A stretch of DNA of 63,712 bases, counting the filler, from Intoshia linei (taxonomy: Eukaryota > Animalia > Orthonectida), in assembly GCA_001642005.1 (NCBI GenBank). It is 5 parts of 5 records of this genome, joined end to end, with 100 filler letters (N's around TTAATTAATTAA, not from the genome) between each part and the next. Parts side by side here need not be neighbours in the genome. Positions count along the whole stretch, not along the records: positions 1 to 27,019 come from LWCA01000453.1; 4 more parts are not named here. One strand, written 5' to 3'. The notes beneath the pieces were generated by a model. The model worked only from the letters and a program-made list of their open reading frames with translations. It had not been told where the DNA came from and made no database searches. Both the position numbers and the translations under genes were made by a program. Below, in pieces: positions 1-12,900 of this stretch; the stretch's first letter is position 1, and the number at the start of each line of letters is the position of its first letter.

Positions 1-257
1 TTGCTAATAAAGCCGTTATTTGGCTTTTTTCGTCCATTTTTAAATTGTTTTTTTTGTCTTATTATAAATTTGCCTAATAATTTGACACTATAACGAGAAC
101 ACAGAAAACGATAATAAGTAGATAAAAAGTTTTTTTGCATATTAACTATTTATTTTTTAATGAATAATATTAGCATCTGTTACAAGTCACCGAATTACAA
201 ACAAAATAAACATTTTGGCTAGATTTTGAGTGTATTACATAGCTTTATATGATTCAC

Positions 258-860
258 CTAAAAATTTGACACAGTGTGTATACTGTCAAATGTAGGGTTA
301 TCTACTGTGAGAATGATAAAATTGAAAATTGAATTCCCAGAAACATATTTCCATGCATCCGTTATTAATTTGACCCCATAATCCAGAGCACTGTTAAGGA
401 TACTATCAACATTTTTTATGTGGTTATACTGTCCATCGAGAAAAGTGGTTCTTAACAAATACTTACTTGGTGGTTTAAATGAAGGTCCTGCTTTATATAC
501 TGCCTTACACATACATTAGTATATAGTAGAAAAATATTTGTTTTGAACAGAGTGAAATGAAATACCAGAACTATAAAAAAATTTAGCAATTTATTTCTCA
601 GCATTTGCTTGCAAGTCATTCACAGTAAATATCTCATTAATTTTCACATCATTTGGTCGTTTCAGTGATTGATTTTTTAACTGATAAAATATTTTTTTCA
701 CATGTGCTGGCATTTGCGTACATTTTCTAACTTGTGTACCCTCTTGAAAATGTAATCGTATTTTTGTGGCTGAAGACAAGTTTAATTCAAAATTACAATA
801 ATTGCAAGATACTTCTGTAATACTTCCTAAAATGTCATGTAATGGTTGCGGCAAGTTTAC
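258..860 (-). pseudogene. Degenerate hAT-type transposase relic (BED zinc finger + DUF659-like region), probably inside an upstream GNB5 intron
   Basis: Broken frames encode SCNYCNFELN...IRLH (BED-like) and GPSFKPPSKYLLRTTFLD...LITDAW...SIFNFII, typical of hAT/DUF659 transposases; stops and frameshifts between the pieces. Confidence 0.7.
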
Positions 861-1540
861 AATTTGTATTAATTATCTCTAGAAACCAAAACCACCTTGA
901 AATATCTTCTTTGAACGTACATTCATCATTTACAATTTTAAAATAAATATGTTCTAGGAAATTCATCAATGTATTTTGAAATTTTTGACACATTTGATTG
1001 CGTAAAATATGGTAATATGAAGCATCCATAGGCCCAGAAATGTGCCAATCAGTTTCATCTAAATATATTTTTCTTACCTGATCTTACTTGACGCTGAATG
1101 CCATGCCCATTTTTAAATTGATAGAGAACCTTTTGAATGCTCACTTTCAAAATCCAGCTTTTGCCGTAATTTTAAATTGCTTCATTCTGCTTTTATAATA
1201 ATTCACAATATCATGTATCGTGTTTTCATTGATTATCTCAATTTTAAATTAGTTTGTCGTAGGTTTGACATGTCATTGTATAAAGTAAAAAAATGGATTA
1301 ATTAATTTATATATTTTTTTTACATGATTTTATATCATTCTGATTGAGCCAAATTAAGTTTGAGACGCTGATTTGTAATATGTTGTGATGTTAAACATTT
1401 TTTTAAATATGGTCCGATATATTTATATGACCTTATTTTCGAAATTGTTTTACTTGATACTTTGTTTAATTGAAATTTCAACAAACGCATTTGTTATTAG
1501 TGAAATAATTGTTATATTATATTCATTTATTATTATCTAG

Positions 1541-4500
1541 TGGAGAAAATGGCTATTGTCATATGTCTAAAATACCAGAAATATCAAATTCGAATAAACC
1601 ACCGAAAATTGTCAATGAAAGTGAAGTTGTAGGAAATCATAAAGGTTTGTTGTCATGCTGCTCCTTCTTTGGATCTGAGCATCAAGTGATTTTTAATTAT
1701 TTGATAAATTTGTGTCAGTTTTTATTAATTAGTTTATTGTTTGGGTAAAATTGCTAAAATTTATCGGTTTTACTCAATTAATAAGCCGAACCTAGCTAGC
1801 TCGTGGTAACCGAAAATGAACAATATTTCAGTAACGATGAGTAGGGTCATATCCCTGAGATACTTATTTAATACTCTTGGTCTGACAATTTACATTTAAC
1901 ACACAAAATTGTTATGATATTTAAGAATATACTTTTTTAATGCTCAATTGGGAAAAATGAAGTTTCCATCTTACAAAAATTTCGTCGAGGCCCCCGGTAA
2001 GGTGTATCGGTACGGTAGATTCGACACTGCAAATATTATTTCATCCGGTTTTTCCAGTAAATTATCATTTAAATGCTTTTATGGATGTTTTCAAATAGAC
2101 TAAGACGTCTTTCTATATAAAATATACCCAATCCACTGAATATCGGCATATTTTGAATTTTTTATGAATTAAGTTTACTTTTTTGTATTAATTTTATTTA
2201 TAATTAGATTCTTACTGCTGGATCCGATTGTGATTTAATTTTGTGGGATGTGGAATCAGGATCCGAATTGTCGAAATTATCGGGACACGATGGAACAGTA
2301 TTGAACTTTTCGGTGTCTCCTACAGATATGTGCAGATTGGTGGCTTCATCTGTAATTCATTTTTAACATCATATGACCAATATACATTGAACTACTATAC
2401 AATGTATATTATACATTTTATTGTTTTAACAATTTAATCGGTTCACGATACGTGTTTGTCAAATATTAAATACCCTTACTTTATCAGAGTCACTACTAGT
2501 GAGTAAATTGAGTAGTGATTTTGTACATACATTTGTTTAATATTCAACATGTTAGTTTACTTTCATTGCCGAATTTTAAATGGATTTTATTATGCACCCA
2601 TTTAAAAAAATAAAGAACCAGTCACCTAGATGTATGCAGGGTCGTGGAGAGCCATCATTAGGCCCGGTCAGATGGAAATTGTAGACCCACTATAAAAAAT
2701 TTTTCAAAAATCGAACATCTATACATTGCTTAATCGATCGTTCATTATCTAAAAATGAAACATAATCTTTGGAAATCGCATTGGTTATTGAAATTTTTCA
2801 GCAATAACTATAAATACATTTAAAAAGTAGACCCTCATGATTGTAGGCCCGACCCCTCTCCACGGACCTGGATGTATGTATCACTTTCCTAAATCTTTAT
2901 TAACAATCACATTCACCACAGATTGAGATATTTCCACTCAACGCTTGTATGCAAAACCTTTAAAAATTGAAATTAATTCAAAATCGACCCGATTATGAGC
3001 TTCTTCAGTTTATGCCGTTACTTGACGCTACCATATAGATTATTTATTCGAAGGTTAAATTATTTTATTTTCAATTTTTATTAATTTCAAAGTCGATCGA
3101 TAAATCCGTACGAATTTGGGACATGAGGAGTAATAAAACAGTTCAAATATTCGATCAACATGACTATAATGTGAATTGTGTTGAATTTCTTAGAACTGGT
3201 GAATCAATTATATCAGGATCTGACGACGCCAAGGTTTTTACACAATTATTTGAATTAAAATTATTATTTAGTGCAGATTTTTCGATTTAAGATCAGACAA
3301 ATTAATCGGCGTTTACCAGAAAAATAGTGTTTTATTTGGCGTCAATGATTTGGATGTTTCTTCTTCAGGTATACTTATATTTGATAAGGCGTGTATTTAT
3401 CTCGTCAGTATTTTTTTTATTAATTTGTCAGTATGGTAATTGCTTTGTCAGTATTTTAGGTGCCAGTTGACAAGGTGTCAGTATAAATAATGGATTGTCA
3501 GTATTTAAATTGAAAGTTCTGTATAAAATGAAACTGACAAAAAATTTTATTTCATAAAAAAATATTCTGTGGTGTGAACACAATAGAATATTTCTAATTT
3601 TTTTGTAATATGGCTTGTAGGTATAATATGGTATCTTAATATTTCAGTTTTAACTTGGGTCTGTAGTGGATGATATATTATTTCAAAAACTAGATTTTTA
3701 ATTTTTATACTGACACTCCAAAATCATCAAACTTACAATTCAATTTTTTTTACTGACAAAATATTATTTTATAAAATTTGTTTATTTCTATATACTTTTT
3801 TGTTGAGTTACTTACAATTTTCGATGAATACTGATCTAGTTAATATATTTACTGACAAAAATGCAATTATGTACTGACATGAAAGCAATTAAAAACGGAC
3901 AAATATGTAATTGAATACTGACAAAATACATTTTATTACTGACATTTTAGTGTGTATACTGACAATTTTATGTTGAAAATACTGATAAATTAATTACTCC
4001 CCATTTGATAATTTTAAATTTTCATGATGATTTAATAAAAATGAGTAGTCTTTAATGCAGTGATTCTTAACCGGTACGCCATGAGTAGAGTTCACGTGCG
4101 TCGCACGAAATTTTAGTTTAGTTTATAAATCACTGTCAAACTTTTACATTATATATTCTTTGAATATTTTAGGATATACTATTTACTATGATAATGTATT
4201 TATATTAAATAATATGGTGAACATAAAAAATATGAACATTTCGTCATACATTAAATGTTCTTTACTAAATTTAAAATAATCAAATAAAAGTATTTTGTAT
4301 TATTAATGATTTCATATTTTTATTGTTTTTAATTTTTGCACATTTTTGAATATCGATGTGTTTTTTTCTTATCAAAATTTAATGTGAGTCCAAATTTTTG
4401 TTTATTTCACAGGTACACCCTGAAGTAAAAAAGGTTTAGAAAACTGCTTTAACGTATATATTAGGTCGTATCCTGTTTTCTGGACACCACGATGGAACAA

Positions 4501-5123
4501 TAAATGTATGGGATACGTTAAAGTTTTGTCGATTACAAATTACATATGGACACGATGAAAGAATCAGTTGTCTAAAAACATCACCAGATGGTTTAGCTTT
4601 GGCTACATCTAGTTGGGACAGTACAATTAAAGTAAATTTTCTATTAATATATTATACTAACTCAGCGTTGCTTCACTTTCTTCATTAACTATAAAAGTTC
4701 TCGCTTATCATTAACACTATGAGTGTGCTAACATTTAAAATTTGTTAGCATTTCTATATTTTCCAATTTCTGCATATGAAGTATATAAAATGCATAGTGT
4801 TAAAAGAAATTTCTAGGCAAAATTTAAATATACAAAATTAATACTGTATATGATAATAATTATTATCTAAATATACATATGTGTATTATTAATTTTTAAA
4901 ATATAAATTTACAATTACGAGTTAATAACATAATTTATTGTTTTTCTATTTTCATAACAAATTTCCACGCTCTCGTAAAATTGTTTAGTAACCGGCATTT
5001 GGAACCGCTGTACTAATTATTTTTAAAATATTTAATAAATTTTAATATTTTTAACAGTATTAGCATTTGTTCCATAATAATACCCATAAATGTATGTAAT
5101 TATAATTTTAGGTTTGGTCATAA
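1541..5123 (+). CDS. GNB5: G-protein beta subunit 5-like WD40 protein, 3' part (5' exons not found in the window)
   Basis: GT-AG exons 1541-1685, 2208-2351, 3093-3233, 3272-3368, 4465-4631, 5112-5123 join in frame: ...HKGLLSCCSFFGSEHQ|ILTAGSDCDLILWDVESG...SIDKSVRIWDMRS...SGSDDAK|CRFFDLRSDK...LFGVNDLDVSSSGRILFSG...NVWDTLK...GHDERISCLKTSPDG...SSWDSTIK|VWS*. WDVESG, WDMRS and S(V)LFG match G-beta-5. Confidence 0.9.
2637..2870. mobile_element. hAT-type MITE in a GNB5 intron
   Basis: TIRs CAGGGTCGTGGAGAG / CTCTCCACGGACCTG; perfect 8-bp TSD GATGTATG at 2629-2636 and 2871-2878; related copy near 48178-48396. Confidence 0.85.
3388..4002. mobile_element. Mutator/foldback-type MITE
   Basis: Perfect 9-bp TSD ATTTGATAA at 3379-3387 and 4003-4011; GG...CC termini; long imperfect inverted arms built from GTCAGTA / TACTGAC subrepeats. 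Confidence 0.8.
4058..4446. mobile_element. hAT-type MITE
   Basis: CAGTGATTCTTAACC / GGTTTAGAAAACTG termini; 8-bp TSD CTTTAATG / CTTTAACG. Confidence 0.75.
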
Positions 5124-5873
5124 AGATTTAAACAGTTTTTATTGTAAAATAAAATTTAATGTTATTAATGATGATAATGAATGTATTTATAAAATTCATC
5201 ATTTAATTAATCTTTTGAATCAGTTGACTCATTTTCAGATTTGTATTCTTCTCTTCCGTGCACTGTTCAATACATGTTATTCAAAAGTGAAATAGTTAAA
5301 ATTTCTAAACTATTTTAAATAATTACATAATTCATTGATGGCGGCTTTTACTTCTATATTACGGGCTACGTGGATTGGTTTTTTGTTACACAAATTTAAA
5401 ATATCAAAGTTGGCAGCTGAAAATAAAAAATTATATTAGTCTTGTAAATCCATAAACGGTATGTTGTCGGATAATCACCTTATGACGAAAACTTAATCAC
5501 GACACGATGCAATATTTCCCGCCATGAAATGTAAGTTTTTAGAAAAAATGATTGACCAATGGTTTTCATATTTAATTTTTTTTACATTAACTGGAAAATA
5601 CTGTGTGAATATTAAATATCATTTTTTAAAATTCTATGCTCTCAGATTTTTTGATGTATTGAAAAATGCGGTTTTTAATCTTGAAGATCACAATCTCTGG
5701 GAATGACATTTTCGATAATGTATCATTCTTGAAAAACTGCATTGGATGTTGGGATTTTTATAATTCTAAGAGTTTTAATTTATTAATTTTAAACAACACA
5801 GAGTTTCAATTTTATTTAGATAAAGATTAAATCATAATAAAAATAAACAAGATTTTAATATTATATATTATAA

Positions 5874-6518
5874 CTAGCTTGGATGTTTTGTACTACGTAC
5901 AAACATCACCTAATTTTGCCTAGGGTGGACCTATCTAATTCTACCAAAAAAATATGGGGTTGAAATTTTGTATTTATATCAACTGGAATAAGCTCTATCA
6001 GAATAATCCTTTTGTTTAATTTTCGGAGTCTTAATTATTTTAAATTTTTAGTTTTGATAAAATATTTCAAAAAAAAATATGAATACTAAAGTGCTTTTTT
6101 GACAGTGAAGGCGTCACTTATTCAAATTGAAATTTTTTGTGTGTGTTAACAGGATACAACTATACCACCTGTATTTTTTTTAAATTCTAGGTCTTTTTTC
6201 ATTTAAAAAAAAATAGTAATTTGTGGTTTTGACCCTGAAAATATATTTTTTTAATTTATACGTTAAATTGATATAAATTGATTTTAAAATCCGTATCAGA
6301 GTGTAAACTTTTTTAAATTCTCCAACTTGTTTGATTTTTAAAAAAAGGACAATTGGGCTTTTGACCCGTAAGATATGAGTTTGGAAGGTTGAAATTTATC
6401 TTACTTTTACTACTGAAAAAAACTGCTATAGAAATGTGGACTTTATAAAATTCTAAGACTCGTAGTTATTAAAATAAACGACAACACAGACAAACAAAGT
6501 ATTTTATATAAGTAAGGA
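5874..6518 (-). mobile_element. Non-autonomous Helitron, short complete copy
   Basis: Minus strand reads A|TCCTTACTTATAT ... hairpin (plus strand GATGTTTTGTAC-TAC-GTACAAACATC) ... CTAG|T; no TSD; internal core shared with many other copies in the window. Confidence 0.75.
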
Positions 6519-8069
6519 TTATATTATGGTAATTAATAGTATACGACAATTATAGTTACTAATAAAAATATACAGTGAGCATAAAGTATTTTGATAATTT
6601 CAATGTGACCCTTAAGTGCTGCATTGTGTAGAGCTGTATCGCCTAATTTATTCTGAAAATAGAATTAGCAATGACATAATATATAATTACTTGAGCATTA
6701 ACGTTGCATTTTTGACTTAGAAGGGTCATTACAGCGTCAACGTTACCATTTCTACTCAACCAGTGTAGTGGCGTAGATCCTGAAGAATCAATGAGATTCA
6801 TGGATACCTATAAATTGATTTATACATTTCAATGTATTGTATAATATACTATTTTACTATATTTTTCTGAAGAACTTTTTCATTTTTTAGGTTTTAAAAG
6901 TCAGAATAACGAAGCTAAAATTATAGGCATTTTGGAATTCTTAACTCTATAGCTATGTTTTCATGTTAAAAATGCACATTTGTCGTATTTTTTAACACAC
7001 TTCCAAAAAATCTATGACTTAAAAATTAAATTTAAATCATAAAAGAAATAGATTCCATGATTAAACAACCTCAAAAGAATAGAGCAAAACATGAGAAAAG
7101 AGATATACACAAGAAGAGTAACATAACAAAGAGTTAAAAGAAGTATTCATTCTTAACGAAGAGGAATGATAAAAGTAGGTATGGGATAACCTCAAAAGAG
7201 ACTTGAGTATCATTGAAATCTACAAGCTTTATGCAATTGAAAATTCATTCCATTCAAAAACTTACTAAAAAATGTAAAATAATTTTTTCTAATATAAGCA
7301 AGAAATTTGGCTTTTTTTCAATTGGTGAGCTAAGTAACAATTTTTTTTATAAGAAAACTCATCATAAAATAATTTTCAAATATAATCTCAAAGTCAACAC
7401 ACCCAATTTGATTAGGTTACCGTCACTGCTATAGACTAATTTATAAATAAGAAAAACATAAATAATAAAAAACATTCAAAAATTTGACCAACGCCTGTAA
7501 GGGAAGATGAATGGTTTAGTTATAAATAAATAATTTAATTTTGAATCGTTACAGGGTTAAAATACTGTTTAGTAAATTTTCTCTGAAACAGTCGTAAATA
7601 ACAAATAATAAATGAATAAATACTCGTTTTTTAATTAAATTTTTGATGACGTCGACATTTCCACGACGGGCTGCTTCATGAAGATATTCATTTTTCTTTG
7701 TTGCGTTCTTTAAGACTATTTTGTATATGTAAATTTATAATATAAACCAGTATTTTACAAATTTGGGCTGAGATTTCAGATTTTTTTAAATTTACGATGT
7801 TGATAATTATTTAAATTTAAGAAGAGTTTCTTATTCATCCAAAGACTTTTAAATTAAATCTGTTTTTAGTTTTAATTTTTCTGTAACATTGTTGAATAAG
7901 ATTTTTGAAATTAAAATTGTCTCCAATAAAATTTATCAAAAATAATAATTTTTTTCACCATAGCAATTAAACCTCATACCCGCTTTTAACCGTGCTTGGA
8001 TCAATTCATTTCAAAAAAAAGTACTAAAAATCACGCTCTATTATATATAAATTAGTTATATTTAAATAT

Positions 8070-8929
8070 GGATGTCTACTTAAATCCAACCATTTTTACT
8101 AAAAATCAAAATTTACATACACTAACAGAAAAAATTCAGTTTTACCAACCCTAAAAAGAAAAATTCTAGTTTTACCAAACCTTTAACGAAAAAATCCAGT
8201 TTTTCCAACCCTAAAAGGAAAATTCTAGTTTTACCAACCTTTAAGGGAAAAACCCAGTTTTACAGAATTGCGGAGTATCCCATAAAAACTCAATATCACA
8301 AACAAAATAAAATGAAGTTCTCAAATTAAAAGATTATCGATAAACAAGTTATAAACGCTTTAATACTTACTTAAACTGATTATGAAACAAAAAACTTTTT
8401 AAAACAAAATAAAATTTTGGTATTAAAATGGCTAGTATTTATCGCGTCAGTATTTTGGAAGGTTTGTCAGTAGAAATATTAAATTTTCAGTTTATATAAT
8501 GGATTGCCAGTGTTTTAGGTGTCTGTATAAATAATGGATTGTCAGTATTTAAATTGGAAGGGCAGTAAAAAAAATTATTTTGTCAGTACTTTAAATATGT
8601 ATGTAAAAGTGGGTTTTTCAATAAGGATTGGTAAAATTGGGATTTTTCCTTAGGCGTTTGTAAAAGTGGATTTTTTCCTTAAAGGTTGGTAAAACTGGCA
8701 TTTTCCTTAAAGGGTTTTTAAAACCGAATTTTTTTTTTTAGGATTGGTAAAATTGGGATTTTCCCTAAATAGCTTTTAAAATCGAATTTTTCTATTAAAG
8801 GTTGATAAAAGTGGGTTTTCCCATAAGGGTTGGTAAAATTTGGATTTTTCCCTTAAAGGTTTGTAAATTTTGATTTTTAGTAAAAATGGTTGGATTTAAG
8901 TAAAAATGGTAGGGTTTAAGAATATTCTC
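8070..8929. mobile_element. Foldback/Mutator-like element with about 29-30 bp tandem subrepeats in its inverted arms
   Basis: ACTTAAATCCAACCATTTTTACTAAAAATCAAAATTTACA is mirrored at about 8862-8902; subrepeats TTTTACCAACC / GGTTGGTAAAA; probable 9-bp TSD TTTAAATAT / TTTAAAAAT. Confidence 0.75.
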
Positions 8930-9200
8930 TTTAAAAATTACTAAAATCATAATTTATTTTGGCTATTTTATCGTTATTCGTGACATTACATATATTGTTT
9001 TCTATAGGTTCAACAAATATGATATCACCTTCATTAAAGGCAAATTCTCCCTATATTGCAACATTTACTTTAAATTTTTAAGGTTAATAAATACATTATT
9101 AATAATAACAATAATATATTAGTGTTTTTGAATGGGTCCATTAAATTATCATGGACCGTAAAAATATAAGTTAACTATGATTTCCATATATTTCCATTAA

Positions 9201-9326
9201 CCCTTTGAGACATTTACTTACATTTTCAAAGTAATTAAAATACACGAATAAATAATTTATATGGTTACATTACATAGACATGGTTATATAAATTGACGCA
9301 AAAATGCGTCGCAGTGTCTTAAAGGG
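9201..9326. mobile_element. piggyBac-type MITE
   Basis: TTAA|CCCTTTGAGACA ... TGTCTTAAAGGG|TTAA. Confidence 0.75.
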
Positions 9327-9966
9327 TTAAAAAACTGTGTGGTTTTTTTAAGAAAAATGTTACAATTAAATCTGGATTTGTGAGTTAATTTAAACCATTT
9401 CAAGCTCTCGTGTGACATTTTTGCGTCGTCGATATACAGGATTTAAGATACTGTCAAAATAAAAAATTTTTAAATTTGTGTAGATTAATTTTTATTTCTT
9501 TGAAAGTCAGATTCTGAGTAGGTTAGAATAAATATAACTAACTTACTCTAAAAAGTAAAATTATCAACAAAAATAAAAATCTCGCACTCTGAAAACTTTT
9601 TACTCACAATCAAAGTTCAAAATGATACTAAATGAAATCCCACCAACACTATTATTCTGAAAAAGTGCATATTAAACGAATATTTCATTCCTAATCAAAC
9701 AATTTGAAAACTATAAACTGCAGTTCTCGAACGTTTCAAATTTCATTTCAAGATATTGCTAAAATTGATTAAACCAACCTCATTATAGTCAACATTACTT
9801 TGATAAATCTCTACTTTCCCTAAAACAGCTTAAAATCAAATAATTGAAAAAATATACCTTTGCGAATAGGCAAAATACCAGACATTAATTTTGCAGTCAT
9901 ATATTTAAAAACTATGTAAACAAATCAAAAACAAACAATTTGACATTTATTAAAAATATATATATA

Positions 9967-12900
9967 TTATTGTACAATACATGGTTTTTTTTTCTGTTCA
10001 ATTCTTTTGCCACTATTCAAAGTTCTGTACATTTCGACTGGAACTGAAGCTCTCCGTATTTTGATCAATTTGATTCTATCATTATTGAGATTATTTATAT
10101 ACATTCGATTCAAATCTTTCAATGAAATACGACTTTGAATGACAATTCGAGATAGATCAGTAAAAAATGCGTCAACAAATTTGTTTTTGGAAAAATCAAA
10201 TTCATAATAGAAAGATTGTTTACAATCAAGGTACAGTTTTTTGATGAAATTGATTTCTAGCTTACTACGTTGTCGACCATTTTCATTTGAAATTTTAACT
10301 TGTCGCTCATATGCTAGAGATGTTTTGCGTACAATTTTTCCTAGTCGGACCAAATTTTTTACAGATGAGACATTGTCATTTGTTTTGATTATTGAATTCA
10401 TAAATATTGAATTTGCCATAACATCACTTTGATTTTCTGTTGGTTTTTTTACGGATGTTGAAGGTATAAAATCTGGGCTATCAAACAAAAAGTCACCTAC
10501 TATTCCACATTTGGGCGAATGTATTTTACTGGTTATTTTACCGTTTTTACATTGATAGAATTGCTGTTCTCGGGCATTACCCATCAAATAAATTTTTTTT
10601 TTTAATCGTATTCTAAATCCTGGTTCAGTTTTTAAATTTTGATACACGCATTGCAGAAATTTTATCGAATTATCATCATAAACGTCGTAAATTAGTATGC
10701 ATGCGTCACAGTGAGCCATATGAAGACGTTGCATTGCCGTAAATGAGCCTATTAATTATATAATGTATTCATTATTAACATTTAATTTAAAGTACCTCTA
10801 ATATGATATATTATTGTATAATTCACGGGTTCCCAAACTTTCTTCACATGAACTTATTTCTATGTCTATTTCAAATATTTTCAAAAAAAAATTTCCGCAG
10901 ATAGGTAAAATTATCTCAAATAAAAAAAATTTTTATTTAAAAATTACAAAATAAAAAAACATATAAATAAATTTTAATATATTGTAACTATTTGCAAATT
11001 AAATTATCTGATGCAAAATTTTTACACATATTAATTACATACATTTTATGTACTATTTTAGCAATAAGTACATTTTATATTTGTATTTTTCATGCAAATA
11101 ATATTGATTATCTGTTGAACCGAATTGAGTAGCGTTAATATACAATTTTAATAAAATATAAATGTATAATAATATTGTAATTATATTAAATATATAATTT
11201 ATTCACTCACATATAAATAATTTACGTTCATATAAAATGATGTTAATCATTATAATTATACAACAAATATATTTCAAGTCACAACTTTACAATAATAAAA
11301 AATTACAATGATGTATTGAAAATGAATAACATTTCAAAAAGTTGAATAAACCGAAAATGAAGTCAAAATATATTCGTATTAGCGTTATTTATGTTAATCT
11401 AATAATGATAATTTGGACCATAACATAATATAGATATTTTTACATGTACTAATTTATGCAAGTCTTGCATTTAATTTCTTTGAAATTGTAAACAAAAATT
11501 ATTTCAATATTGAGGGATCAATTTTAATATTTTATTAAAAATACATGTACCATTGTTATTTGGGTTATAAATTTAATGTATAAAGTTTACATGATCCGGC
11601 AGTATCGCATATTTTCATATGTATAGGTATATCGTCAAATAACTTGAATTCAACCCAATAGTTTTCTTCGATGGTTGGAACATACCTTTATAAATTGAGT
11701 TTATAAGTTTACATTTTATATAAATTAAGGATTCTCAAACTTTCTTGCAATAACCAAAACTAAAAAACTTATGTTTTCTAATTTTATTTTAAACTCCAAC
11801 TCAGGGGTACTGAGTCTGGTCCGAGCCTACAACCATGAGGGCTACTATTTTCATTTATTAATTGTCCAATAATAAAAATGAAGCAAATCAAAAATGAATG
11901 GAAGATTCTTGTAGTCGTATATGTTGTAATTCTTATTGTGGACTGCGATTCGCATCTCATATCAATCTTAAGGTACCTATAACTATATGTATACCCACCG
12001 ATTCAGTCATAGCATCTTATATTGTAATGATTCATGTATATATCAATCATTCAGCAACTAATGACTAGTCAGTGTATTCATTGTTATGTTTGTATATAAA
12101 CAATTTAAACAAGAAAATAAAAATAAATGTATTTATTTAAGATAAAATATTCAAATCGTTATTAAACTTAATTAATGATCATTGAAAATATATTACATAC
12201 AAAAGAATGTATATAACTCAGCTATAATTTCTAGAAAAATATTTTTTGTTGTAAACACCATAGTATGTAAGTTAGGGTGTCACATCCATGAAAGAATCAA
12301 GGGAAATTAGCACTAAAAGTGTGTATTTTTAAAATAGAAAAACTAATTCACAATCAAAAACATTAAACGCTATTTACATTATTTAAATTTTATTCAATGC
12401 ATAATATGAATGCATATAATTTAGCAGATATGACCATTTATAACAGTAATGTCATACCACATTTTGATACAATTACATTTATTTTGGTACAACGAAACTT
12501 CTTTACAAATGGTTTATTAAAATAGTTCTATTCTTTAAGATTTTATAAATTTAAACGGTTGACACATAATTTAGTGGCCTCAGTTTTCGAAACGTTTCTA
12601 TTTTTATTATTATAATATAAAATAGGGAATAGTTTGTTTAAATAAGATAGAATTACAAAAAAATTATAATAACGAAGCTTTTGAAATAAGGTAATTAAAA
12701 TTGTATTTGCAACCCTCACAATAATTTGGTAACACATATAATATTCAAATTTCCCTTCAAAATGTATGAAATTACTACGTTATAAATAGTCATATCTGCT
12801 AAATTATGCATTGAATACAATTTAAATAATGTAAATAGCCAGAATTCGAGAAATTACATCGTTAATAAAATCCAAAAAATTTGAGCTAGAAACAAATTTA

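Noticed and set aside
2243-2437. 64-aa ORF
   Set aside because: Wrong-frame overlap of a GNB5 exon.
8130-8260. Repeats of about 30 bp resembling a CRISPR array (also 51880-52270)
   Set aside because: Degenerate tandem units without unique spacers, inside transposons, in a eukaryotic context with no cas genes.
10241-10432. 63-aa plus-strand ORF
   Set aside because: Antisense shadow of the GTPase exon.
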